The translations under genes and the position numbers were made by a program. The notes below the pieces were generated by a model. That model made no database searches. It saw nothing but the letters and a program-made list of their open reading frames with translations, and was not told the DNA's origin. Positions 17,721 to 26,195 of a stretch of DNA of 64,000 bases are shown piece by piece. Numbering within the stretch: the stretch's first letter is position 1; every line of letters begins with the position of its first letter. Origin of the DNA: Acidobacteriota bacterium (lineage in GTDB: Bacteria > Acidobacteriota > Thermoanaerobaculia > UBA5066); NCBI GenBank assembly GCA_016716715.1, contig JADJVE010000007.1, positions 125,640 through 189,639 of the forward strand. The letters run 5' to 3'.

Positions 17721-18647
17721 ATGAAGCGCTCCACCGTCGCGTGGGGTGTCGCCGGCATCGGCTGCGCGTTCCTCGTTCTGCTCGTCGCGGCGGCCTTCCT
17801 CGTGAGCGGCGCCGCCGCGCGCGGAGGGACCCGGACGGACGGCCTCGGGTTCGCCCTCGGCGGCCGCGTCGGCGTCGTGGACCTCGACGGGGTGATCCTG
17901 TCCGCGGACCGCTTCCGGGAGACGCTCAAGCGCTTCCACGACGCGGCGAACGTCAAGGCCGTCGTCGTGCGCATCAATTCGCCCGGCGGCGGCGTCGCGG
18001 CCTCGCAGGAGCTCAACCGCGAGATCGCGCGCTTCCGCAAGGAGACGAAAAAGCCCGTCGTGGTGTCGATGGAATCCGTCGCGGCCTCGGGCGGCTACTA
18101 CGCCGCCGTCGCGGCCGACCACATCGTCGCGAACCCCGGCACGATCACGGGATCGATCGGCGTGATCATCCAGTGGGTCAACTACGGCGACCTCCTCGAG
18201 TGGGCGAAGCTGCGCGCCGTGACGATCAAGAGCGGCGCCCTCAAGGACTCCGGCAACCCGACGCGTCCGATCACCGACGAGGACCGCGCCTACTTCGAGG
18301 ATCTCATCCAGAAGCTCCGCGCCCAGTTCGTCGGCGCCGTCACCGAGGGCCGCAAGACGAAGTTGAAGCCCGGCGCGATGGACAGGATGGCCGACGGCCG
18401 CGTCGTCACGGGCGAGGAAGCGCTGACGCTCGGCCTCGTGGACGAGATCGGCGACTACCGCGACGCCGTGGACCGGGCCGCGCGCATGGCCGGAATGTCC
18501 CTGCCCGCCGAGGTCTGGCACCCGCGGCCGCAGCGCATGGGCCTTCTCGAGTTTCTCTCCGGTGGACCTTCGGAATCTTCGATTGCGGGGCGCCTGCTCT
18601 CCGGCGCTCCGGTGGGGGGCGGATGGAACGTGTTCTTTCTGTGGTAG
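17721..18647 (+). CDS. sppA: Signal peptide peptidase SppA, 36K type
   Basis: N-terminal TM, VVVRINSPGGGVAASQE, SMESVAASGGYYAA, GSIGV. Confidence 0.85.
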   Translation: MKRSTVAWGVAGIGCAFLVLLVAAAFLVSGAAARGGTRTDGLGFALGGRVGVVDLDGVILSADRFRETLKRFHDAANVKAVVVRINSPGGGVAASQELNREIARFRKETKKPVVVSMESVAASGGYYAAVAADHIVANPGTITGSIGVIIQWVNYGDLLEWAKLRAVTIKSGALKDSGNPTRPITDEDRAYFEDLIQKLRAQFVGAVTEGRKTKLKPGAMDRMADGRVVTGEEALTLGLVDEIGDYRDAVDRAARMAGMSLPAEVWHPRPQRMGLLEFLSGGPSESSIAGRLLSGAPVGGGWNVFFLW

Positions 18648-18982
18648 GCCGCGGCGAAGGCACGACCACGAAGGCCGACCTCGTCGAGGAGGTCGCGAAG
18701 GCGACCGACCTCACCAAGAAGCAGGCCGAGGTGATCGTCGAGTCCGTGTTCGACGGGATCATCGCGTCGCTCCGCTCGGGAGAGAAAATCGAGCTGCGCG
18801 GCTTCGGGAGCTTCCGCCTGCGCCAGCGCGGGGCCCGCATCGCGCGGAACCCGAAGCGCAGCGGCGTGAAGGTCATGGTGCCGCCGAAGCGGGTGCCGTA
18901 CTTCAAGCCCGGCAAGAAGCTCAAGGAGCTCATCAACCAGGCGGCTCCGGCCGCCGTGGCGGGGGAGCCGGACAAGGGCTGA
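18623..18982 (+). CDS. HU/IHF family DNA-binding protein
   Basis: TKADLVEEVAKATDLTKKQAEVIVESVFDGI...IELRGFGSF...ARIARNPKRSGVKVMVPPKRVPYFKPGKKL. The start is ATG 18623 or GTG 18641. Confidence 0.8.
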   Translation: MERVLSVVGRGEGTTTKADLVEEVAKATDLTKKQAEVIVESVFDGIIASLRSGEKIELRGFGSFRLRQRGARIARNPKRSGVKVMVPPKRVPYFKPGKKLKELINQAAPAAVAGEPDKG

Positions 18983-19470
18983 TGGAGGCCCTGTTCACGC
19001 CCTGGCGCGCCGCCTACCTCGCGGGCGGCGGCGTCGACCCGGGCGGCTGCCTGTTTTGCGAGCTCCCGAAACACGACGACGCCGAGGCGCTTCTCGTGAT
19101 GCGGGGCCGTCTCGCCTACGCGGTCCTGAACCGCTACCCGTACACGAACGGCCACGTCATGATCGCGCCGTTCGCGCACCGGTCCGGCCTCGACGAGATG
19201 ACGGCGGAGGAGCGCCACGAGGTCGTCGACCTGGCCGCGCGCTTCGAGGCGATCCTCCGAGAGACGTACCGCCCGCACGGCTTCAATGCCGGCCTCAACC
19301 TCGGCCGCAGCGCCGGGGCGGGCGTCGAGCACCACGCCCACCTGCACATCGTCCCGCGCTGGGACGGCGACACGAACTTCCTGACCGTCCTCGGGGGCAC
19401 GCGCACGATCCCCGAGGACCTGCCGACGACGCGCTCCCGCCTCGCGGCCGCGTTCGCGCGCGCGTCGTGA
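18982..19470 (+). CDS. HIT family hydrolase
   Basis: CLFCEL..., histidine triad VEHHAHLHIVPRW. ATGA overlap with the upstream stop. Confidence 0.8.
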   Translation: MEALFTPWRAAYLAGGGVDPGGCLFCELPKHDDAEALLVMRGRLAYAVLNRYPYTNGHVMIAPFAHRSGLDEMTAEERHEVVDLAARFEAILRETYRPHGFNAGLNLGRSAGAGVEHHAHLHIVPRWDGDTNFLTVLGGTRTIPEDLPTTRSRLAAAFARAS

Positions 19471-19736
19471 CGAAGCGGCCGGGAGAGGCCGCCCTCCTCG
19501 CTCTCGTCGCGGCGGCGTTTCCGGGGGTCGGGCACGTGTTTCTCGGGCAGCGCTCCCGCGGCGCGGCGTTCTGCACGATCGTCCTCCTGACGGCCCTGAC
19601 GGGCCTCGCCCTCGGCCCCTGGAACGACGTCGCGCCGCTCGCCGAGTACGCGCGGACTTTCCTGATCGTCGCGGGAATCATGCAGGCTCTTCTCGTCCTG
19701 GACGTCTTCGAGCGTGCGCGCGGGAGGCGCGGTTGA
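19467..19736 (+). CDS. Small membrane protein (hypothetical)
   Basis: GTGA overlap with the HIT stop. Predicted TM segments LLALVAAAFPGVGHVFLG, FCTIVLLTALTGLALG and FLIVAGIMQALLVL. Confidence 0.5.
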   Translation: MTKRPGEAALLALVAAAFPGVGHVFLGQRSRGAAFCTIVLLTALTGLALGPWNDVAPLAEYARTFLIVAGIMQALLVLDVFERARGRRG

Positions 19737-19915
19737 CCGTCTTCCGCGACCACTTCTTCCTCCTCGTCTGGCTCGCGGCGCTGCTGTCGGCTTTTCTCGC
19801 GCTCCTGTGGAGAGAGGACGCCCGGACACGGCCGAGGTTCTTCCTCAAGACCTTCGGCGCGCTCGTGGGCGGATCGGTCCTCGCCGCGTGGGCGCTGTCG
19901 GCGGTGGCCCGTTGA
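19733..19915 (+). CDS. Small membrane protein (hypothetical)
   Basis: TTGA overlaps at both ends link it to its neighbours. It has two hydrophobic segments. Weak call. Confidence 0.4.
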   Translation: MTVFRDHFFLLVWLAALLSAFLALLWREDARTRPRFFLKTFGALVGGSVLAAWALSAVAR

Positions 19916-21060
19916 AGCTCCTCGTCGTCGCCGGGGAGGTTTCGGGCGACCAGCACGCCTCCGCGCTCCTCGCGGCCCTGCGGCCGCGGGTTTCGTCGCT
20001 CGACGTCTTCGGCGTCGGCGGCGAGGGCATGAAGGCGGCCGGCGCCCGCCTTCTCGCCCACCAGAAAGACCTCGCGATCATCGGGCTCGTCGAGGCGTTC
20101 TCGAAGATCCGGTTCGCGCGGCGGCTCATCCACGCGCTCGTGGCCGAGGCGAGCCGCGAGAAGGCGGACGCCGCCGTTCTCATCGACTCGCCCGACTTCA
20201 ATCTCCCGCTCGCCAGACGCCTCGCGAAGGCGGGCGTCCCCGTCGTCTTCTACGTCTCGCCGCAGGTCTGGGCCTGGCGCAAGCGCCGGGCGAAAACGAT
20301 CGCCAGGCTCGGCCGGGCCGTGCTCGTCCTTTTCCGCTTCGAGAAGCGCTGGTACGACGCGCGCGGCCTCGGGGCAAACGTCACGTGGGTCGGCCATCCG
20401 CTGGTCGACGCCGCGGCCGAGGAGCTGGCGCACACCGCAGCGGCCCCGCCTTCGGGCGTCCGCCGTGTCGTCCTCATGCCGGGCTCGCGGAAAGGCGAAG
20501 TGAAGTCGATCCTTCCGGTGTTGCGTGACGCCGTCGAGATCCTTCGAAAAAGGGTGCCGGGGCTCGAGGTCGTGCTCGTCCGTGCGGACTCGGTCTCCGA
20601 CGCGTTGCTCGAAGAGCTGGCCGGCCCGGCGCTCGCCGACTGGCGCGTCGTCTCGGGCAAGCACCTCGCCCTCCTCGCCGCCTCCGACGTCCTGCTCGTC
20701 GCCTCCGGAACCGCCACGGTCGAGGGCCTCCTCGCCCGCGTGCCGATGGTCGTCGTCTACAAGGTCCATCCCGTCACGTTCTGGGTCGCCCGCCGGCTCG
20801 TGAAGGTCGCGCACGTCGCGATGGCGAACATCGTGTCCGACGACGGGACGGGCCGGCGCACGGTGCCGGAGCTCCTCCAGGAGGACGCGACGCCCGAGAA
20901 CGTGGCTGCCGAGGCCGAGAAGTTACTCGCGGACGCGACCCTCGCGGCCGAGACGCGCGAGCGCCTCGCGAGGGGCGCCGCCGACCTCGGGCCGCCCGGC
21001 GCGGCAGCGCGGACCTCCGAGGCCCTGCTCGCGGCCCTCGGACAGGGGAAGGCCGCGTGA
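19912..21060 (+). CDS. lpxB: Lipid-A-disaccharide synthase
   Basis: KLLVVAGEVSGDQHAS, LIDSPDFNLPLARRLAKAGVPVVFYVSPQVWAWR. TTG start overlaps the upstream stop. Confidence 0.85.
   Translation: MKLLVVAGEVSGDQHASALLAALRPRVSSLDVFGVGGEGMKAAGARLLAHQKDLAIIGLVEAFSKIRFARRLIHALVAEASREKADAAVLIDSPDFNLPLARRLAKAGVPVVFYVSPQVWAWRKRRAKTIARLGRAVLVLFRFEKRWYDARGLGANVTWVGHPLVDAAAEELAHTAAAPPSGVRRVVLMPGSRKGEVKSILPVLRDAVEILRKRVPGLEVVLVRADSVSDALLEELAGPALADWRVVSGKHLALLAASDVLLVASGTATVEGLLARVPMVVVYKVHPVTFWVARRLVKVAHVAMANIVSDDGTGRRTVPELLQEDATPENVAAEAEKLLADATLAAETRERLARGAADLGPPGAAARTSEALLAALGQGKAA
20536..20562 (+). repeat. Partial forward copy inside lpxB
   Basis: GAGATCCTTCGAAAAAGGGTGCCGGGG resembles the copies at 28826 and 54133. 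Weak, and could be chance. Confidence 0.3.
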
Positions 21061-22946
21061 ACGACTTCCGCCGCCTCGCGACCCTGTTCAAACCGCACCG
21101 CCGCGCGGCGGTCGTCGCGATCTGCGCGATGCTCGGAGTGTCGTTCTTCACCTCCTCTGTCGCGTACCTGATCGGCCCGCTCTTCGACGAGGTGCTGTCG
21201 GCAGAGGCGAAGAGCGCCGTGATGGAGCAGACGGGGAAGACCGGCGTCGGAAACCTCGTCGGCGAGAAGGCGGCGCTGAGGCGCACGGGCGTCGCCCGCA
21301 CGCTGGACCGCGGTCTCCGGACACTCGAAGAATCTTTCGGAGTCACGGAGAAGGGCCGTCGCCTCTTTCTGCCCCTTCTTCTCTTCGCGTGCTTCCTCCT
21401 CAAGAACCTCTGCACCTTCTTCGCGGAGTACCGCTTCAACGCCGTCGGCCTCGCGTTCGTGCGCGATCTTCGGCGGCGCGTTTACGAGAAGGTCCTCGGC
21501 CAGTCGGGCTCGTTCTTCGCAAAGCACCCGTCCGGCGACCTCATCGCGCGCGTCACGGGCGACGTGGACCGCATCCAGAGCCTGTTCGGGACGGACCTCG
21601 CCGACCTCGTGCAGTCCGTCGCGACGCTCCTCGGCCTCATGGTCCTCGTCGTCTCGCTCTCGCCGGAGCTGACGGCGGCCGCGCTCCTGATCGCGCCCGC
21701 CATCGTGATCCCGGTCGTCTTGATCGCCCGGCGCCTGCGGCACCTCTCGAAGGCGGCGCGGGAGCGGATGGGCGACCTCACGGGCGTCCTGTCGGAGACG
21801 ATCCGCGGGGCGCGCGTCGTGCAGGCCTACGGCGCCGAGAGCTGGGAGTCCGGCCGCTTCTCGGAGGTGAACGAGCGCACGTTCCGCCTCGCGAAGAAGG
21901 GCGCGCGCGTCATGGCGTTCGCCTCGCCGCTCGTGGAGTCCGCGTCCGTCCTCACGTTCCTCCTCCTCCTCGGTTACGCGTCCACGCGCATCGCGTCCGG
22001 GAAGATGACCCTCGGGACGTTCCTCTCGTTCGGCGTCGGCCTCGTCATGATGTACCAGCCGTTCAAGCGGGCCACGCGCACGAACCTCGCGCTCCAGCAG
22101 GCGCTCGCCTCGGCGCGGCGCGTCTTCGAGGTCCTCGACGCCCCGAACGACGTGGCCGACCGCCCGGCCGCGCCCTCGCTCGCCGTCCTCTCCCGCGAGG
22201 TCCGGTTCGAGCGCGTGACGTTTGCGTATCCGGGCGGAGCGCCCGTGCTGCACGAGATCGACCTCGCCCTCCCGCGGGGCTCCGTCACGGCTCTCGTCGG
22301 GCCGTCGGGCGGCGGAAAGTCGACGCTCGCGTCCCTCCTGCCGCGCTTCATGGACCCGACGGCGGGCCGCGTGACCGTCGACGGGACGGACCTCCGTAAC
22401 GTGACGCTGGCGTCGCTGAGGGCGCAGATCGGCCTCGTGACCCAGGACGTCGTTCTCTTCGACGAGACGGTCCGACGCAACGTGGCGTACGGGATGCCGG
22501 ACGTGGCCGACGCCAGAATCCGGGAAGCTCTCGACCACGCGAACGCGCTCGGCTTCGTGGACGCGCTGCCCGAGGGGCTCGACGCGCGCGTGGGCGAGGG
22601 CGGAGCCCGCCTGTCGGGCGGACAGCGGCAGAGGCTCGCGATCGCGCGCGCGCTCCTGAAAGACCCGCCGATCCTCGTCCTCGACGAGGCGACGTCGGCA
22701 CTCGACGCCGAGAGCGAGCGTGCCGTACAGGAGGCGCTCGAGCGGCTCATGGCGGGACGGACGACGCTCGTCATCGCGCACCGGCTCTCCACGGTCCGCC
22801 GCGCCGACCAGCTCGTCGTGATCGAGGCGGGCCGCATCATCGAGCGCGGCTCGCACGGCGACCTCCTCGCGACGGGAGGGTTGTATCGTCGGCTCCACGA
22901 CCTGCAGGTCTTCGAGAACGGAGACGGCGGGGGAGGAGTCTCATGA
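21057..22946 (+). CDS. msbA: ABC transporter permease/ATPase, MsbA-like lipid exporter
   Basis: Six-TM domain followed by GPSGGGKST, LSGGQRQRLAIARA, LVLDEATSALD. It sits directly downstream of lpxB with a GTGA overlap. The substrate is inferred from context. Confidence 0.7.
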   Translation: MNDFRRLATLFKPHRRAAVVAICAMLGVSFFTSSVAYLIGPLFDEVLSAEAKSAVMEQTGKTGVGNLVGEKAALRRTGVARTLDRGLRTLEESFGVTEKGRRLFLPLLLFACFLLKNLCTFFAEYRFNAVGLAFVRDLRRRVYEKVLGQSGSFFAKHPSGDLIARVTGDVDRIQSLFGTDLADLVQSVATLLGLMVLVVSLSPELTAAALLIAPAIVIPVVLIARRLRHLSKAARERMGDLTGVLSETIRGARVVQAYGAESWESGRFSEVNERTFRLAKKGARVMAFASPLVESASVLTFLLLLGYASTRIASGKMTLGTFLSFGVGLVMMYQPFKRATRTNLALQQALASARRVFEVLDAPNDVADRPAAPSLAVLSREVRFERVTFAYPGGAPVLHEIDLALPRGSVTALVGPSGGGKSTLASLLPRFMDPTAGRVTVDGTDLRNVTLASLRAQIGLVTQDVVLFDETVRRNVAYGMPDVADARIREALDHANALGFVDALPEGLDARVGEGGARLSGGQRQRLAIARALLKDPPILVLDEATSALDAESERAVQEALERLMAGRTTLVIAHRLSTVRRADQLVVIEAGRIIERGSHGDLLATGGLYRRLHDLQVFENGDGGGGVS

Positions 22947-23824
22947 AATCCATGACCGGGTTCGGCAAGGCGGCCGGCACGCTGCCCGACGGCACCGAGG
23001 TGAGCGTCGTCGTGAAGGGCGTGAACCACCGCTTCCTCGATCTCGGCCTCAAGCTCCGCGACGAGTACGCCTCGGCCGAGCCCGCGATCCGCAGAGCGGT
23101 GGCGAAGGTCGTACAGAGGGGTCACGTCGACGTGCTGATCCGGACCACGAAACCCGCGAGCGCGGCCGCAACGGCCCGCATCGACATGGACGCCGCGGAG
23201 AAATATGCGAGGGAGTGGAGAGAAGATTCTTTGAAAAGGGGATTGCCGGCGGATCTCTCGGCGAGGGACCTCCTCGCGCTGCCGGGGGTCGTGCGGTCGG
23301 ACGACGCCGGAGCCGCGCCTGATTCCACTTTCGAAGAATCTCTTCTTCCGATCGTCGATGAAGCCCTCCAGGACTTCGATGCCGCCCGGGCGCGCGAAGG
23401 GGCCGCTCTCTCTCTTACCTTCAAAGAAATTCTTCAAAGGATCGACGCCGGGGTGGCCCGTCTCGACGCGGAACGAGTCGGCATTTCCGACCGCATTCAA
23501 AGCAATCTCCGAGAGCGCATCGAGAAGCTGGCCGCCGGCATCCCGCTCGACGAGGGGCGGCTCGCTCAGGAAGTCGCCCAGCTGGCGGACCGCGCGGACA
23601 TCACGGAGGAGATCGACCGGTTGAAGACGCACCTCACGGAGGCGAGGCGTCTCCTCGCGGCGGACGGCGCGATCGGCCGCCGCCTCGACCATCTCGCGCA
23701 GGAGCTGCATCGCGAGGTCAACACGTCCGGCTCCAAGGTGCGGGAGGCGGGCGCGACGAAGCTCGTCCTCGACCTGAAGTCCGAGCTCGAAGCCTTCAAG
23801 GAACAGGTCCAGAACGTCGAATGA
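22943..23824 (+). CDS. yicC: YicC/YloC family stress-induced protein (endoribonuclease)
   Basis: MKSMTGFG N-terminus, VNHRFLDL, C-terminal EEIDRLKTHL...REVNTSGSK. Confidence 0.8.
   Translation: MKSMTGFGKAAGTLPDGTEVSVVVKGVNHRFLDLGLKLRDEYASAEPAIRRAVAKVVQRGHVDVLIRTTKPASAAATARIDMDAAEKYAREWREDSLKRGLPADLSARDLLALPGVVRSDDAGAAPDSTFEESLLPIVDEALQDFDAARAREGAALSLTFKEILQRIDAGVARLDAERVGISDRIQSNLRERIEKLAAGIPLDEGRLAQEVAQLADRADITEEIDRLKTHLTEARRLLAADGAIGRRLDHLAQELHREVNTSGSKVREAGATKLVLDLKSELEAFKEQVQNVE
23218..23440. repeat. Three repeat copies inside yicC (one forward, two reverse)
   Basis: The forward copy is GAGAGAAGATTCTTTGAAAAGGGGATTGCC (23218-23247). The reverse copies are GATTCCACTTTCGAAGAATCTCTTCTTCCG (23321-23350) and CTCTCTCTCTTACCTTCAAAGAAATTCTTCAAAGG (23406-23440). 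Confidence 0.75.
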
Positions 23825-23834
23825 GAGACGCCCG

Positions 23835-24458
23835 ATGACCCGCGGAGACCTCTTCATCGTCTCGTCCCCGTCCGGGGCCGGCAAGACCACGCTGATCCGC
23901 CGCGTCCTCGAGGACCCGCGGATCGGCGGCACGCTGCACTTCTCCGTGTCGCACACCACGCGCCCGCCGCGCGCCGGGGAGACGTCCGGCGTCGAGTACC
24001 ACTTCTGCGACGAGGCCGCGTTCCGCCGTCTCGAGAGCGAGGGGGGCTTCCTGGAGTGGGCAACGGTGCACGGGAATCTCTACGGGACGTCGCGCGGGGA
24101 AGTCGAGCCCCGACTCGAGAAGGGCTTCGACGTCCTTCTGGACATCGACGTCCAGGGCGCCCGCCAGGTGCGGTCCTCGGTCCCCGAAGCCGTCAAGGTC
24201 ATCGTCTTTCCACCCTCGCGGGAGGTCCTCGAGGCCCGGCTGAAGGCGAGGGCCTCCGACGCTCCCGAGGTCGTGGCCCGGCGCCTCGCCGTGGCGGCCA
24301 AGGAGATGGCCGAGTTCGGCGAGTACGACTATGCGATAATCAACGACAGCCTCGAGCCCGCGGTGGACGAGCTTCGCTCGATCATCGTGGCGCGCCGCGC
24401 AGGACGCGGGCGGAGGCGCGAGCGCCTCGAAGCGATTCTCAAGACTTTTGCACCCTGA
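23835..24458 (+). CDS. gmk: Guanylate kinase
   Basis: LFIVSSPSGAGKTTL, SHTTRPPRAGE..GVEYHF, EWATVHGNLYGTS. Confidence 0.9.
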   Translation: MTRGDLFIVSSPSGAGKTTLIRRVLEDPRIGGTLHFSVSHTTRPPRAGETSGVEYHFCDEAAFRRLESEGGFLEWATVHGNLYGTSRGEVEPRLEKGFDVLLDIDVQGARQVRSSVPEAVKVIVFPPSREVLEARLKARASDAPEVVARRLAVAAKEMAEFGEYDYAIINDSLEPAVDELRSIIVARRAGRGRRRERLEAILKTFAP

Positions 24459-24480
24459 CTTCACGGAGGGCTAACCCCAG

Positions 24481-24714
24481 ATGGCTCAGAACCTTCCCCC
24501 GAACGTCGAATCCAAGTTCCGCCTCGTCCACATCGCGTCGCGACGCGCCGAGCAGCTCGTCCAGGGCGCTCGCCCGAAGATCGAGAGCAAGCACGCGAAG
24601 GTGACGCGCGTCGCCCTCGAAGAGGTCGAGAACGACCTCGTGCGCTGGCAGCTCGCTTCCGCCGAACCGGTCGTCGAAGAGGCGCCGGCGGTCGACCCGC
24701 TCCCGACGGAGTGA
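24481..24714 (+). CDS. rpoZ: DNA-directed RNA polymerase subunit omega
   Basis: SKFRLVHIASRRAEQLVQGARP, directly downstream of gmk (the classical gmk-rpoZ pair). Confidence 0.85.
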   Translation: MAQNLPPNVESKFRLVHIASRRAEQLVQGARPKIESKHAKVTRVALEEVENDLVRWQLASAEPVVEEAPAVDPLPTE

Positions 24715-24794
24715 CCCTCCACGTCTGACCCGCTGGCTGATCTTCTCGCCTACTACCGCGACCTCGGGGTCGCGGAGCTGTACCTGGAGAAGGC

Positions 24795-24999
24795 GGAAAG
24801 AGAAGAAAGAGAAGAGAAGATTTCTTTGAAGGTGAATAGGGCAGGGGGCGGCGCCGCAGCAGGAAATGCACCGCTTGCGCAGACCGCTGCGACGCCTTCT
24901 TTCACCTTCGAAGAAAATGCGCCCTATCCCGCCGCTTCGAAGTCCACGCGAAGCGCTTCTGCGTCGGACCTGCCGTCCTTAGCAAAAGAAGTTTCTTCC
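24795..24999. repeat. Repeat cluster at the 5' end of udg (forward, reverse, reverse-variant)
   Basis: The forward copy is GGAAAGAGAAGAAAGAGAAGAGAAGATTTCTTTGAAGGTGAATAGGGCAGGGGG (24795-24848). The reverse copy is CCTTCTTTCACCTTCGAAGAAAATGC (24895-24920). The variant is GTCCTTAGCAAAAGAAGTTTCTTCC (24975-24999). Confidence 0.8.
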
Positions 25000-25542
25000 T
25001 GCGAGGCGTGTGCGCTGTGCCGCACACGCAAGCAGACCGTCTTCGCCGACGGCTCGCCGGACGCGAAGATCATGTTCATCGGCGAGGCGCCGGGGGCCGA
25101 CGAGGACGCGCAGGGCGTGCCGTTCGTCGGGCGCGCGGGGCAGCTGCTCACGCGCATGATCGAAGACGGCATGGGCCTGCCGCGCAAGTCCGTCTACATC
25201 GCGAACGTCCTCAAGTGCCGTCCGCCCGACAACCGAAACCCCGAGCCCGAGGAGATCGCCTCCTGCCGCGGCTACCTCGAAGCGCAGATCGACCTCGTGA
25301 AGCCCGAGGTCCTCGTCGCGCTCGGGAAGTTCGCGGCGCAGTTCCTTCTCGAGACGGACGAAGGAATCATGCGGCTGCGCGGCAAGTGGGGGACGTACCG
25401 CGGCATCCCCGTGATGCCGACGTACCACCCGTCGTTCCTGCTGCGCCAGCCCGGCCAGAAGAAGGACGCGTGGGAGGACCTGCTGAAGGTCCTCGCGAAG
25501 GTCGGCCTCCCGGCTCCTGCCCGGAAGGGAGCGAAGGCGTGA
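24826..25542 (+). CDS. udg: Uracil-DNA glycosylase, family 4 (start uncertain, may extend to CTG 24733)
   Basis: [49 protein letters not shown]. An in-frame upstream stretch LADLLAYYRDLGVAELY looks protein-like but offers only a CTG start. Confidence 0.8.
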   Translation: MKVNRAGGGAAAGNAPLAQTAATPSFTFEENAPYPAASKSTRSASASDLPSLAKEVSSCEACALCRTRKQTVFADGSPDAKIMFIGEAPGADEDAQGVPFVGRAGQLLTRMIEDGMGLPRKSVYIANVLKCRPPDNRNPEPEEIASCRGYLEAQIDLVKPEVLVALGKFAAQFLLETDEGIMRLRGKWGTYRGIPVMPTYHPSFLLRQPGQKKDAWEDLLKVLAKVGLPAPARKGAKA

Positions 25543-26195
25543 CGCTGCGCTTCCGGCACGTTCTGGGCGTCGCGGCCCTCGCGCTCCTCGCCGCGGCGGC
25601 CGCGCTCATCCTCACGCGCCGTCTGCCGGCTCCGCAATCGTCGAAGCGCCCCGCGGCCGAGGCGGCCGGAACACGTACCGGGCTCCCGACGCCGGCCGAG
25701 AGGCGCGCGATCGACGCCGCGCTCGACGACGCCGCCGCGGCGGCTCCGAAGCTGACGCTGCGTGTCGCGGACGACGCCGACGCGACGGATACGGACGAGC
25801 ACCGGGACCTCGACGCCGTCTACGGCGTCTACCACCCGTACTTCACGCGCGGCGACCTCGACGGCGACGGCTGCCTCGATTTCGTCCAGGCCTTCGTGGA
25901 GAAGGGCCGGAGCGGGCTTTGGTTCCACGTCGCGGTGTTCTTCGGAAAGCCGGACGGAACGTTCGACACGGCCGTGTGGGTGGAACGGGCGATCTCTCTC
26001 TCGGATGGAGACGTGACGGTCGAGCGCAGCCTCGTCGTGATCACGCCCGACCTCGCGGGCGACGCCTCGCGCCGCTGGCGGTGGGAGCCCTCCGAACGCG
26101 TGTTCGTGGACCCCGACAAGGAGCCGCGCCCGGCGGTGACGGACGACGACGTGCCCGACGAGACGCCCGAGCAGAAGCCGAGGGCGAGAATCTGA
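25539..26195 (+). CDS. Membrane-anchored hypothetical protein (FG-GAP-like DLDGDG motif)
   Basis: GTGA overlap with the udg stop, N-terminal TM VLGVAALALLAAAAALIL, DLDGDGCLDF. Confidence 0.5.
   Translation: MTLRFRHVLGVAALALLAAAAALILTRRLPAPQSSKRPAAEAAGTRTGLPTPAERRAIDAALDDAAAAAPKLTLRVADDADATDTDEHRDLDAVYGVYHPYFTRGDLDGDGCLDFVQAFVEKGRSGLWFHVAVFFGKPDGTFDTAVWVERAISLSDGDVTVERSLVVITPDLAGDASRRWRWEPSERVFVDPDKEPRPAVTDDDVPDETPEQKPRARI

Noticed and set aside
15939-18521. 860-aa minus-strand ORF antisense to rpsA and sppA
   Set aside because: High-GC artefact of the same kind. The + strand genes have unmistakable S1 and SppA motifs.
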